Virus record (IMG/VR): IMGVR_UViG_3300009180_000191
Location: 1-26,330 of that record
Origin: a virus
Lineage: Duplodnaviria > Caudoviricetes
Reading direction: 5' to 3' (one strand)
Length of the DNA stretch: 26,330 bases
The position numbers and the translations under genes are program-made. Positions 1 through 8,255 of the stretch are shown here, one piece after another (the first letter of the stretch is position 1; every line of letters starts with the position of its first letter). The notes below the pieces were generated by a model. The model was not told where the DNA came from. It did not search any database and saw nothing but the letters and a program-made list of their open reading frames with translations.

Positions 1-171
1 AACAGGGCAGACTGCCATCCCCTCTTGAAACACTTTGCCCTTCACCGTTATCGTCTTGCCAGTAGGTGTGGAGCCAGACGCAGCGCAGAGCGCATATTCG
101 CCATTACAGATCATCAGTTCTGTGGCAAATACGTTGGCTGGCAGCAGCAAAAGGAGAAGCAGCTTTTTCAT
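1..171 (-). CDS. Secreted Cys-containing protein, N-terminal part (runs off the window edge)
   Basis: Read manually, not in ORF track. ATG at 171, 2 nt after the upstream stop: MKKLLLLLLLPANVFA|TELMICNGEYALCAASGSTPTGKTITVKGKVFQEGMAVCPV. Classic Sec signal peptide (KK, Leu run, VFA). Confidence 0.7.
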   Translation of the reverse strand, partial: MKKLLLLLLLPANVFATELMICNGEYALCAASGSTPTGKTITVKGKVFQEGMAVCPV

Positions 172-173
172 GG

Positions 174-338
174 TTAAACCTTCAAGACAAGATGAATGAG
201 CAAGGCAATGATGAACCCCGCAACGGTAAAGCCAATATGCTCAATCCTCTTTAACCGGGCGTTGATGGTGTCGTAGCGCAGTTCACACACCGCCTCATGA
301 GAAGTTAGACGAACATCCAATTCGGCGGCGGTAGCCAT
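174..338 (-). CDS. Small membrane protein, holin/XhlA-like (54 aa)
   Basis: Read manually: MATAAELDVRLTSHEAVCELRYDTINARLKRIEHIGFTVAGFIIALLIHLVLKV. N-terminal coiled coil plus one C-terminal TM helix; TGATG overlap with upstream gene; lies after the tail fibres. Holin role is inference. Confidence 0.65.
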   Translation of the reverse strand: MATAAELDVRLTSHEAVCELRYDTINARLKRIEHIGFTVAGFIIALLIHLVLKV

Positions 339-496
339 CATTCTTCTTTGACTTCAGCTTTAACCAGTTCATCAATCCTGCGCCCCGCCGCAGCCAGCAA
401 CGCACGGAGATGCACGACCTCATTCAGGGCCGTGTCCCGCTGCATCTGGACGGCTTGCACAATGTCCTGCGGGTCGGTTTTCAGTTCTTCGCTCAC
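338..496 (-). CDS. Small coiled-coil protein (52 aa), possible tail-fibre assembly helper
   Basis: Read manually: GTG start after AAGGA SD; MSEELKTDPQDIVQAVQMQRDTALNEVVHLRALLAAAGRRIDELVKAEVKEE; exactly fills the gap between flanking genes. Confidence 0.65.
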   Translation of the reverse strand: MSEELKTDPQDIVQAVQMQRDTALNEVVHLRALLAAAGRRIDELVKAEVKEE

Positions 497-505
497 GTTG
501 TTTCC

Positions 506-2764
506 TTATGGGTGGGAGTTTTTGTAATCTTGGAATTTGGCGGCGAGTTCTTGGATAGCTTTGACAAGAACGGAAGTCAACTTGTCGTAGTAGACGCCAC
601 CAGCAATCATTTCTATATCAGCCTCATCTTTTGTAAATAAACTTTTTGGAACTAAAGGCACAAACTCAGGAAGTACCACTTGAACTTCATCAGCCACCAA
701 ACCAATTTCATTGCGTTGGTCATCGGTACGATAGTATTTGCGTGGTTTAAGTTGCAACACTTCTGCCAAACCATACGGCGAATCTTCGATGTTTTCTTTT
801 ACAAGGCGAGAAGAAGTATCGTATGTAACGATACCTGTACTGCTATTCCATTTGAGCGGATATGTACCGGCTCCTGCCGACACAACCGAGCTACCAAAGT
901 AAACAACTGATCCTTGAACCGAACTTGTGCCAAGTGCAATTCCGCTAATAAATGTACCTGTCCCGTTTGCCTTTATCGAACCACCAAAAACAGAATCCGC
1001 CCCGGTAAAATAAAGCGGCGTGTTCGTGCCATCGTAAAACTGTAAGTTGCCGTTGTTGTATATCTGCCAAGTCGTTGCGGTTGCATTGGTTTTTGCGAGG
1101 TAGATGGTTGGCTGTGTTGCGTGATTTATTGTCAACGTGCCAACACCCGCAGATGCTGCGCCTATTGTTGCCGCCCCCGTCACGCCGAGGGTGCCGGTTA
1201 CGCTCGTTCCAGCAGTAGTCCACGACTGTACAGAGCCACCAGAGATATTTATCTGTGCTGATGTAGTGCTAACGAAAGCGAGTAGTGAGCCGCCCTGTGA
1301 TGCAGACGTACCCATCGACATCGTGGATGCATCAGAATAGAAGTACATCGGCTTGGGAGTGGCCCCGCCGTTTGTCAGTACCAGAACGTCACCAGCCGTT
1401 GTTTTTGTTACGCTCAAAGCCCCTCCGGAACTCAGCGTCATTGCATACAGGCCGTTCGCACCAAACTTGATGCCGCCACCGAAAGTGCCTAGGTCGCCGA
1501 TATACAAGTTGTTGTCATTACCAAGACCCATAATGGCGCGTTGCGTTCCGCCACTATCTTTCTGCGTCATGTAAATGTTGTTGGTCGTTATATTGAGCAG
1601 ACCACTCAAGCCGAGGGTGCCGGTTAACGAAGTTGCCGCCGCAGAAAACACAGCAACGTTTGCATTAGCCGCAGCAATTGATACGGTGTCAGCAGCATTG
1701 CTGCCAAGAATCCCGTTGCGCGTTCCGTTGAAATACAGCCCTTTGTTGTTTCCGTTAGTGGTTATGTCGCCTACGCCGAGGGTGCCGCCAAGGGTCAGCC
1801 CTGTTGATTGCAGCCTAAATTCGCCGGTGCTTCCGGCAAAGCCCATATAGTGTGAGCCGCCAGTTGGCACATTGGCGTATAGGTCGGTCACTCCCGTTGC
1901 GCCACCGTACCAACCTACCATTGTCACAAGAGAACTTGCCCCGTTTATTGAAAGGGCGTTGTAAGTAGCAAAGCTGCTCAAGGACGTTATGACAACATCG
2001 GTAGCTGACCCAGCACCAAATGTCGCCGCCCCCGTCACGCCGAGGGTGCCGGGTATGGTTACGGCACCTGCTTGAGAGATAGCCAGACGAGAACCCCACC
2101 CACCGTTATAGGTGTCGATGTTGACATCGCCAGCGGTGCCTTCGCGGATTCCTGAGGCTGCCATGTAAAAGTTAAACGTGCCGGGTGTGTTGCTGGTAGT
2201 CGGAGAACGAAAGAAGCTGGTGCCGCTAAGGGTTACGCTCCCACTCGCATTGATCGCCGCCATCGTGCTGGTGCCCGTCACGCCCAAAGTCGTCCCAACC
2301 GTAGCCGCACCTGCCATTGCTACCGTGCCAGAGGCGTTGATCGCCGCCATCGTAGCGGTGCCGGACGCACTGAGCGTTGTGAACGCGCCAGTATTAGTAG
2401 TGGTTGCCCCAACCGTTCCGTTGATGTTGATGCTGGCCGTGCCGGTCAGGTTGGTGACGATTCCGGATGCAGGTGTGCCTAGAACTGGGGCAACAAGCGT
2501 CAACGCTGTACCGTTGGTTGTGGCTCCAGTAATGCCCGCCAATACACCCGCATTGTTGTATTGAACCTGCGTGGTAGACCCTCCCGCTGGCCCAGCAGTT
2601 GCCCCAGCCAACAAGGTCACAACGCCAGAACTGTTCTTGTAATACAGTTTCCCGTCGTTTGTATTTAGCGCCAACTCGCCAGCGACAAGGTTCCCCGCAG
2701 AAGGAACAGCAGCGCCAGTGGCTGAATAGTACAGAGATATAGGTGTATAGCCCGCTTGACTCAT
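506..2764 (-). CDS. Tail fibre / receptor-binding protein with C-terminal intramolecular chaperone (peptidase S74-like)
   Basis: Gly/Thr/Ala-rich beta repeats (GTLGVTG); N-terminal 'GELALNTNDGKLYYK' fibre-anchoring motif; C-terminal 'SSRLVKENI..L.P..Y...IGLVADEV..V.PE.V...V.YDKL...LVKAIQEL' matches the S74 auto-cleaving chaperone pattern; AGGA SD. Confidence 0.85.
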   Translation of the reverse strand: MSQAGYTPISLYYSATGAAVPSAGNLVAGELALNTNDGKLYYKNSSGVVTLLAGATAGPAGGSTTQVQYNNAGVLAGITGATTNGTALTLVAPVLGTPASGIVTNLTGTASININGTVGATTTNTGAFTTLSASGTATMAAINASGTVAMAGAATVGTTLGVTGTSTMAAINASGSVTLSGTSFFRSPTTSNTPGTFNFYMAASGIREGTAGDVNIDTYNGGWGSRLAISQAGAVTIPGTLGVTGAATFGAGSATDVVITSLSSFATYNALSINGASSLVTMVGWYGGATGVTDLYANVPTGGSHYMGFAGSTGEFRLQSTGLTLGGTLGVGDITTNGNNKGLYFNGTRNGILGSNAADTVSIAAANANVAVFSAAATSLTGTLGLSGLLNITTNNIYMTQKDSGGTQRAIMGLGNDNNLYIGDLGTFGGGIKFGANGLYAMTLSSGGALSVTKTTAGDVLVLTNGGATPKPMYFYSDASTMSMGTSASQGGSLLAFVSTTSAQINISGGSVQSWTTAGTSVTGTLGVTGAATIGAASAGVGTLTINHATQPTIYLAKTNATATTWQIYNNGNLQFYDGTNTPLYFTGADSVFGGSIKANGTGTFISGIALGTSSVQGSVVYFGSSVVSAGAGTYPLKWNSSTGIVTYDTSSRLVKENIEDSPYGLAEVLQLKPRKYYRTDDQRNEIGLVADEVQVVLPEFVPLVPKSLFTKDEADIEMIAGGVYYDKLTSVLVKAIQELAAKFQDYKNSHP
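1170..2052. repeat. Dispersed direct repeats in the tail fibre gene (GTLG-box codons)
   Basis: 28-nt exact repeat gccgcccccgtcacgccgagggtgccgg at 1170-1197 and 2025-2052; partial copies at 1610-1626 and 1773-1787. Confidence 0.85.
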
Positions 2765-2773
2765 GATAGTTTC

Positions 2774-4303
2774 CTAAAAAGTTCCGCCTGATATTCCTGA
2801 CCAAACAGGCGCAGATGCACCTGCTGAAGTTAATACCTGCCCAGCAGTTCCTGCCGCAGTGAACGCAAAAGCCGTTCCAGTTCCATACGCGGATCCGCCA
2901 GCGGTGGCAGTGGCCGTGCTGTTCGTCCCGCCGTTTGCAATTGGCAGAACACCCGTAACCCCGGTGGTTAGAGGCAGACCAGTTGCGTTGGTTAGAAGGC
3001 CAGCAGAGGGCGTACCAATATTCGGCGTGGTCAGCGTAGGGCTGGCCTGCATGACGAACGTAGAACCCGTACCTGTCTGGGCGGCTACAGAGGTCGCGTT
3101 GCCGACTGATGTGATTGGGCCAGTCAAGTTGGCGTTGGTAATCACTGTGGCGGCATTGCCAACTGACGTAACGCCACCCGTTAGGTTTGCGTTGGTCACC
3201 ACCGTAGCGACTTGGCTACCGTTCCCCGGCCCCGCCGTAACCATTCCGGTGAGTTGGGTGATGCCGGTATCAACGTCAGGAGGGGTAGCCCAAACACCGT
3301 CGCCGCGCCAGAATGTAGAGGCAGATGCAGAGGTGCCGCTATTCAAATTACCTACAGGCAGATTCCCGGTAATCCCAGTCGTCAGAGGCAACCCAGTTAC
3401 GTTAGTCATCAATCCAGAGGCTGGCGTCCCCAAGGCTGGGGCCGTTAAAACTGGGCTGGTTAGCGTCTTGTTGGTCAGCGTCTGCGTGCCCGTCAACGTC
3501 ACAACAGTCGAATCAATCGCGATTGTGCCCGTTGAGGTGATGGGGCCACCCGTAAGCCCCGTCCCTGTGGCCACAGAGGTAACGCCAGTCCCGGTGGTTA
3601 TCGCCCCCCAAGCACTGTTTGCGTAACCCTCAAATGTCGCCGTGGTGGTGTTATAACGCAGCGTGCCGTTAGTACTCGCCCCACGTTGCCCAGTGGTTCC
3701 AACCGGGATAACTATCCCGCCTGAACCGGGAACAGTCGGGTCGCTGGAAATCGCAATAACTGGCGAATTTACAAAGTTTCCGTCCGTAACGTCAATCTGG
3801 CTCGCCGTTCCAAGTATTATTCTGGTCGCAATGGTCGAAGAACTGTTAAGAGCCAGAACCCCTGTCCCAGTCGCCCCGGCAACCGCCAAAGCAACCCCAG
3901 TCAACGCAAAAGCAGGCGCACCCGCAACCCCGTCCCCGTTGGTGACAGACAGCCCAGCGGTAGACGACGTCATCGTCCTTGCCGCAACCGTGTTGCTGGC
4001 GGTCTTGGCAATCATGCCCGTCCCAGCCGCTTCTAGGCTCCCAGACGCTGCGTTGAGGGTTACCTGTAGGGTTGACTGCGCCCCGCCATCCGTAAGCCCT
4101 ACACCCGTCCCTGCGGACAGCCTACGGCTGTTTGCTAGTGTGGCCTCCTGATTTAACGTCAAGAAGGTTTGCGTCTGTACCGGCGACCCAGCAAGCGCGG
4201 CGGCTGTTGTCTGGACGGTCACCCCGCCCTGCACAATCGGGACTAATTCTGTGCCAGTAATCGCCCCAGCAGACGGCAATTGCGTAATAGTTACATTGGC
4301 CAC
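2774..4303 (-). CDS. Tail fibre / tail appendage protein (509 aa)
   Basis: GTG start; Thr/Gly/Ala-rich; internal repeats ([15 protein letters not shown] x2; TNANLTG..TSVGNA x2); '[15 protein letters not shown]' and '[11 protein letters not shown]...PVW' are typical phage fibre motifs. Confidence 0.75.
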   Translation of the reverse strand: MANVTITQLPSAGAITGTELVPIVQGGVTVQTTAAALAGSPVQTQTFLTLNQEATLANSRRLSAGTGVGLTDGGAQSTLQVTLNAASGSLEAAGTGMIAKTASNTVAARTMTSSTAGLSVTNGDGVAGAPAFALTGVALAVAGATGTGVLALNSSSTIATRIILGTASQIDVTDGNFVNSPVIAISSDPTVPGSGGIVIPVGTTGQRGASTNGTLRYNTTTATFEGYANSAWGAITTGTGVTSVATGTGLTGGPITSTGTIAIDSTVVTLTGTQTLTNKTLTSPVLTAPALGTPASGLMTNVTGLPLTTGITGNLPVGNLNSGTSASASTFWRGDGVWATPPDVDTGITQLTGMVTAGPGNGSQVATVVTNANLTGGVTSVGNAATVITNANLTGPITSVGNATSVAAQTGTGSTFVMQASPTLTTPNIGTPSAGLLTNATGLPLTTGVTGVLPIANGGTNSTATATAGGSAYGTGTAFAFTAAGTAGQVLTSAGASAPVWSGISGGTF

Positions 4304-4304
4304 G

Positions 4305-4640
4305 TTATGGACTCAGGTTGTCAAGATTGCCATTGTTGGAGGGCGTGTCCTGATTATTTTCTGGGGATATCTCATAATTTTGATACGGCCCCGTAATTAG
4401 AGCGTCTGGGTCAACAGCAACACTGACATCGGGCCTAGCGAATCGAAGGTTGATGCGCTCAGTCTTGCGAGCAGGCAACCGATATGGATCTAAATTGTCC
4501 TTGCACCCTTGATCACACACCCGCAAGCCGGGGAAGTTTGGATCAATACCCAAAGACACAAAGGTGCGCTTCATTTTGCATCGGTCGCAAATCCCGATAG
4601 CCAACGACGCTAGTCCTCTGGTGTCTAAGAACGTAGGCAT
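4305..4640 (-). CDS. Small Cys-rich, putative Zn-binding morphogenesis protein
   Basis: CDRC...CDQGC motif; TAATG coupling with upstream gene. Confidence 0.7.
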   Translation of the reverse strand: MPTFLDTRGLASLAIGICDRCKMKRTFVSLGIDPNFPGLRVCDQGCKDNLDPYRLPARKTERINLRFARPDVSVAVDPDALITGPYQNYEISPENNQDTPSNNGNLDNLSP

Positions 4641-5713
4641 TATCTTGTGTAAACTGAAATGTTGGGGGCAAAGTAAATCGGCGACTTGTCGCGCTCTTCT
4701 TGCTCGGCCTCGTACAGGTACTTCTCAGCCATCTTTTCTAGATAGCCAACCCTGTCCATCGGGACTTGGGGCAATTCAAGGCTCATTCTATGCGCCAACA
4801 TCATCACCGTTGCCTCATACCAGCGCTGCGGGATTTGCAGTTCATTCGTCAACGCACCAACATCCATGATTTGACTTGAGTACCAAACAGTCATCTGCAC
4901 AAACGGGTCGCTCGGAGCAGGCCAAAGGTACAGCGTTGGTTCTGGAATGGTGCGGTCGAACCAAAACTGAAACGGTTGGTTTGCGGTAAAGTTCTTGTTA
5001 GGCAAATTGGTGTAGTCGTCGCGGTTCAGGCGAGACATCATCACCTCAGTGCTGTTATTGCCGATATACCACTCGCGAAGGGCTAGAGTAGTGCCACCAG
5101 AGGCAACAATTCGGTAGAAAGCGACGTTTTGACCGGGGTCTATATCCGTCCACACCCATGTATTGTCCGCAACCGAAACGGCTCCAAGGTTCTGCAACGT
5201 GGTGTACGTCACCCCGTCAGACGAGTATTGGAGCGCAATATTCCAAGTTCCTGTCCCACCGCCAGCAATGTAGGGCAGGAAGCCAATAGAACCCGCATAG
5301 ATGGGGTTTGACGTCCCGTAATTTACCGTGAAACTCCCGTTTGCCGACGCCTGTTGGGTAAAGGTGTCAACGTCGTTATCGTAGAGATTTGCGATAGTTC
5401 CGCCAGCAGACGAGGTATACGTCCCCGTGGGGCGGTTCATAGTGCGGTACAACACGTTTAATGCGTCAACCGCACCCGCAGGCAGCGTGTAGCGGTATTT
5501 GTTCGCCTGAAGCCCTATTACCTCTTTGTCGATAGCCCAATACTGGATGCCGCGATTGATTAGGTTGGACAGAAGAAAGTATAGCGACTGCCTCGCAGAA
5601 AGGACTTGCTCAGAAGTAAGTTCTTCCGCAAGTTTTCCACAGCGTCTCGCACCGTGGTCAATCAATGTCTGCACATTGATTACTGTCTGCCCATAGTCAC
5701 CAGAATATGACAT
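4640..5713 (-). CDS. Head-tail adaptor / tail tubular-like protein with inserted beta-sandwich domain
   Basis: Helical N-terminus ('LIDHGARRCG...ARQSLYFLLSNLINRG') and 'YTNLPNK...QFWFDR...LYLWPAP' C-half resemble podoviral adaptor proteins; position between capsid and fibre genes. Confidence 0.6.
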   Translation of the reverse strand: MSYSGDYGQTVINVQTLIDHGARRCGKLAEELTSEQVLSARQSLYFLLSNLINRGIQYWAIDKEVIGLQANKYRYTLPAGAVDALNVLYRTMNRPTGTYTSSAGGTIANLYDNDVDTFTQQASANGSFTVNYGTSNPIYAGSIGFLPYIAGGGTGTWNIALQYSSDGVTYTTLQNLGAVSVADNTWVWTDIDPGQNVAFYRIVASGGTTLALREWYIGNNSTEVMMSRLNRDDYTNLPNKNFTANQPFQFWFDRTIPEPTLYLWPAPSDPFVQMTVWYSSQIMDVGALTNELQIPQRWYEATVMMLAHRMSLELPQVPMDRVGYLEKMAEKYLYEAEQEERDKSPIYFAPNISVYTR

Positions 5714-5723
5714 ACCCGTCCTT

Positions 5724-6023
5724 TTACCAACCGGGGCAGTTCCAGCGCCTCAAAGACGCTTTTGCCCTTGGCGCGTCCCCTTTTGAATGTTCAACCACAC
5801 CAGACATACGGGCGCAAAAAGAATCCTTCCGCGACCCGCCTTGGGGTTGTGGAGCCTTCAAGTTACTCCCCGTCTCCCTATTGTATTTGTCTCGACCCTT
5901 TTGCGTAAGCCCTGCACCCTGCTTTGTTGGAAGTTTTTCACCCCTACCAACAGCAAGAGACACGCCACCGCCCTTTAACTTCTTGGCTAATGAGCGAGTT
6001 ACTGGTGAGTTATTTTTTGCCAT
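5724..6023 (-). CDS. Small basic phage protein (DUF6321-like from recall)
   Basis: 'GLTQKGRDKYNRETGSNLKAPQPQGGSRKDSFCARM...SLRRWNC'; N-terminal 'KKLKGGGV' motif. ATG at 6023 preferred to TTG at 6029. Confidence 0.7.
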   Translation of the reverse strand: MAKNNSPVTRSLAKKLKGGGVSLAVGRGEKLPTKQGAGLTQKGRDKYNRETGSNLKAPQPQGGSRKDSFCARMSGVVEHSKGDAPRAKASLRRWNCPGW

Positions 6024-6025
6024 AG

Positions 6026-6262
6026 TCAAAACCTGTACTTGGCTGTTTTCTTTGCAATGCTTTTGGGTTGAGCCACAAACTGTTTCCCCGCTGACTTTCC
6101 CTGCCGTTTAGCCTTTGTCGTCGCAGCGTATTCCTGCGGGCTGAGGGCTTTAATTGCCTTCTCTGGCAGGTATCTCTCTCCCGTTTGGGACGACGGCTTA
6201 CCAGACTTTGTACGCCATTTCTGGTCTCCCCAGTCTTTAAGGGACTGCTGGGGGGCCTTCAA
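6026..6262 (-). CDS. Small basic phage protein
   Basis: TTG start overlapping the upstream TGA (TTGA); 'QQSLKDWGDQKWRTKSG...GERYLPEKAIKAL...GKQFV'. Confidence 0.7.
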   Translation of the reverse strand: MKAPQQSLKDWGDQKWRTKSGKPSSQTGERYLPEKAIKALSPQEYAATTKAKRQGKSAGKQFVAQPKSIAKKTAKYRF

Positions 6263-6564
6263 TCTCTGTACCCCCCGCCTTTTTCTTTATAGCGCTTGGC
6301 TACTAGCTGTGCTTTTCTCGCGCTCCATTGCCCTGCTGCCGTTCCATGTGTAGCTTCTGACTTGACCTGAGAAACAATACGCTTACGCATCTCAGGCTTT
6401 GTGTAGTTACCAGCAGCATTTACACCTCCGCCTTTATCCATCTTTTTATCAGCGCGGACAAACTCTTTCCCCACCTTGGCAGGAATTCCAACCTTCTTGG
6501 CGAACGCAGGGTTATTTGCGACCGCAGCCATCAAACGATGCTGAGAAGGGGATTTGCTTGGCAT
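6259..6564 (-). CDS. Small basic two-module protein (C-half DUF5872-like from recall)
   Basis: N-module 'MPSKSPSQHRLMAAVANNPAFAKKVGIP' joined by MDKGGGV to 'NYTKPEMRKRI...GQWSARKAQLVAKRYKEKGGGY'. Confidence 0.7.
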   Translation of the reverse strand: MPSKSPSQHRLMAAVANNPAFAKKVGIPAKVGKEFVRADKKMDKGGGVNAAGNYTKPEMRKRIVSQVKSEATHGTAAGQWSARKAQLVAKRYKEKGGGYRD

Positions 6565-6566
6565 GA

Positions 6567-6983
6567 TTAGGATGTTGGGTTGACGTAGTGTTTGACCATT
6601 TCCAAAACCACCGTATATGTATCACCAGCACTTGCGTCCAAAGTAGTGAAAGTGATCACCCCATCTTTGCCTGCTCCTGAGTTGTTGGTCAATCCACCAA
6701 TTGCAGAAAAATCTTGCGTGTAAGAATTGTTTGGAGGAATGGTTTCAATCACAACAGGCGTACTGGCTTTCCACTTCAGAATTACTTCCATGCCGTGCGT
6801 CAGGGCAGTGACCTTGGTAATAGTTACCGCATCACAAGCGCCGCCTGCATTAGAAGCGGTCAAAGAAGCTGGCGTAACCTTGGCAACGTTAGTCTCCCCA
6901 GTGCCATCGCTAGTGTTCGTAAATTTCATAATGGCAAGACGTTCACCATCAAGCAAAATTTGGGATGCGACTGCATCAGCCAT
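6567..6983 (-). CDS. Beta-rich putative virion protein
   Basis: AGGAG SD spaced for ATG at 6983; beta-strand-rich sequence inside the structural operon. Confidence 0.7.
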   Translation of the reverse strand: MADAVASQILLDGERLAIMKFTNTSDGTGETNVAKVTPASLTASNAGGACDAVTITKVTALTHGMEVILKWKASTPVVIETIPPNNSYTQDFSAIGGLTNNSGAGKDGVITFTTLDASAGDTYTVVLEMVKHYVNPTS

Positions 6984-6995
6984 AATCATTCTCCT

Positions 6996-7022
6996 AAAAA
7001 GACAGGGGCCGAAGCCCCCGCC
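6996..7022 (-). terminator. Rho-independent terminator
   Basis: Minus strand GGCGGGGGC-TTCG-GCCCCTGTC-TTTTT just after the stop at 7028; UUCG tetraloop; U-tract abuts the next gene's AGGAG. Confidence 0.85.
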
Positions 7023-7027
7023 TTATT

Positions 7028-8245
7028 TCAGCAATTAGCCATTCCGCCGCGTTTCTTTCCTGCTGGCGATACCGTTACAGACCTTTCGGTTTTCGTAACA
7101 GAACCTTGACCCTTTGCGGGAGACGGCAAACCTTTTTCTATATCAGAAAAAATACTGTGTTCCTTGTCGGAAACAGAGCCTTGCCCGCGAACTGCATCAC
7201 GCGCTTTTCCATAAAGGTCTTTGACAATATTAAAAGGATTCATGGCCTCACGATCAGCTATATTTTCAGCTTCCTGAGTGGCGTAAGTGCCTTTGTAGCC
7301 TTTTGTCTCTTTTTTGGACTGAGCATCACCACCATCATTCATCCGCTTAACCTTTCCACCCTTTTTGAAAGTACCAGAAAGTTGATTGATGCTTACGGGA
7401 GACGATGGCTTTTTAGCGCCTTGAGGCATCGCCACGGGACGGCCTGAATTAACACTTCCCCCCGTGGCGTAGGCTTTTTTTGCGGAGCCACCTTTTTTCA
7501 TCCCAGAACCAAGAGCGGAAGAAGGGGGGAGGCCGGGGTTTTGCCCACCACCGCCGCCGATTGCCTGAGCCGCTGTACTCAAAGCCCTGCCAATCGTTCC
7601 CGCGCCTAGATTGACCTGCCCAAGGCCAGCCCCTGCATCACCGCCACCACCTCCTCCGCCATAACTGGGAGTCCTAATTCCGGGGGGTTCTCCTGCGATA
7701 GGGTCGTCCACGCCAAGCACCCCTAGCAACCCGCCACCTTCGGCCATTTTCTTAATCTTGCCACCCTTCTTGTAACCACCTTGGCCTTTAACTACACCGC
7801 CTGTGGCCATCTTGCCGCCCTTCTTGAGGGCCAGCTTGGTGCCTTTGCCGCCTTTATGCTCTTGCGTGTCGTGCTGCTTGAAGGCTTTCTTGATCATGGC
7901 CTTGTCTTGCGACTCGTCCATCTTTCCGCCTTCAGCCTTGCCACCTTTTTTCATCGGGGGCATAGAAGGCATAACGGCGGGAGCCTTAGCCATCATTGCC
8001 TTGCGGCGCATCGACATGGAAGGGCGTCCGGGGGCACGGACAGGCGCATTGACAGCAGGACGGCCCACAAGAGCGGGCGTGTCAGACATCATGCTCAAGG
8101 CACCCATGCCGCCACTGGCCATCTTCTTGTGACCAGACTCGGCCTTGCCGCCCTTCTTCATGTTGACGTAACCACCTTTCGCGAGTTTCAGAATAACTGA
8201 AGGCTCGGTGGTTTCCATCTTCACCATTGGCTTGAACTGACCCAT
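7028..8245 (-). CDS. Lys/Gly/Met-rich basic protein with ~14 xxxGG motifs (putative internal/core protein precursor, 405 aa)
   Basis: Start moved to ATG 8245 (TAAGGAG SD, 10 nt after upstream stop); repeated MKKGG/MAxGG/YxxGG motifs. Confidence 0.75.
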   Translation of the reverse strand: MGQFKPMVKMETTEPSVILKLAKGGYVNMKKGGKAESGHKKMASGGMGALSMMSDTPALVGRPAVNAPVRAPGRPSMSMRRKAMMAKAPAVMPSMPPMKKGGKAEGGKMDESQDKAMIKKAFKQHDTQEHKGGKGTKLALKKGGKMATGGVVKGQGGYKKGGKIKKMAEGGGLLGVLGVDDPIAGEPPGIRTPSYGGGGGGGDAGAGLGQVNLGAGTIGRALSTAAQAIGGGGGQNPGLPPSSALGSGMKKGGSAKKAYATGGSVNSGRPVAMPQGAKKPSSPVSINQLSGTFKKGGKVKRMNDGGDAQSKKETKGYKGTYATQEAENIADREAMNPFNIVKDLYGKARDAVRGQGSVSDKEHSIFSDIEKGLPSPAKGQGSVTKTERSVTVSPAGKKRGGMANC

Positions 8246-8255
8246 GATTTTCTCC

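Noticed and set aside
1170-2052. CRISPR array or DGR template/variable repeat
   Set aside because: Repeats are in-frame, irregularly spaced and short; no adenine-specific mismatches and no reverse transcriptase or cas gene in the window.
506-4303. GG dipeptides in tail fibres as members of the GG motif
   Set aside because: They lie in Gly-rich beta repeats and lack the Met/aromatic plus Ala/Lys upstream context.
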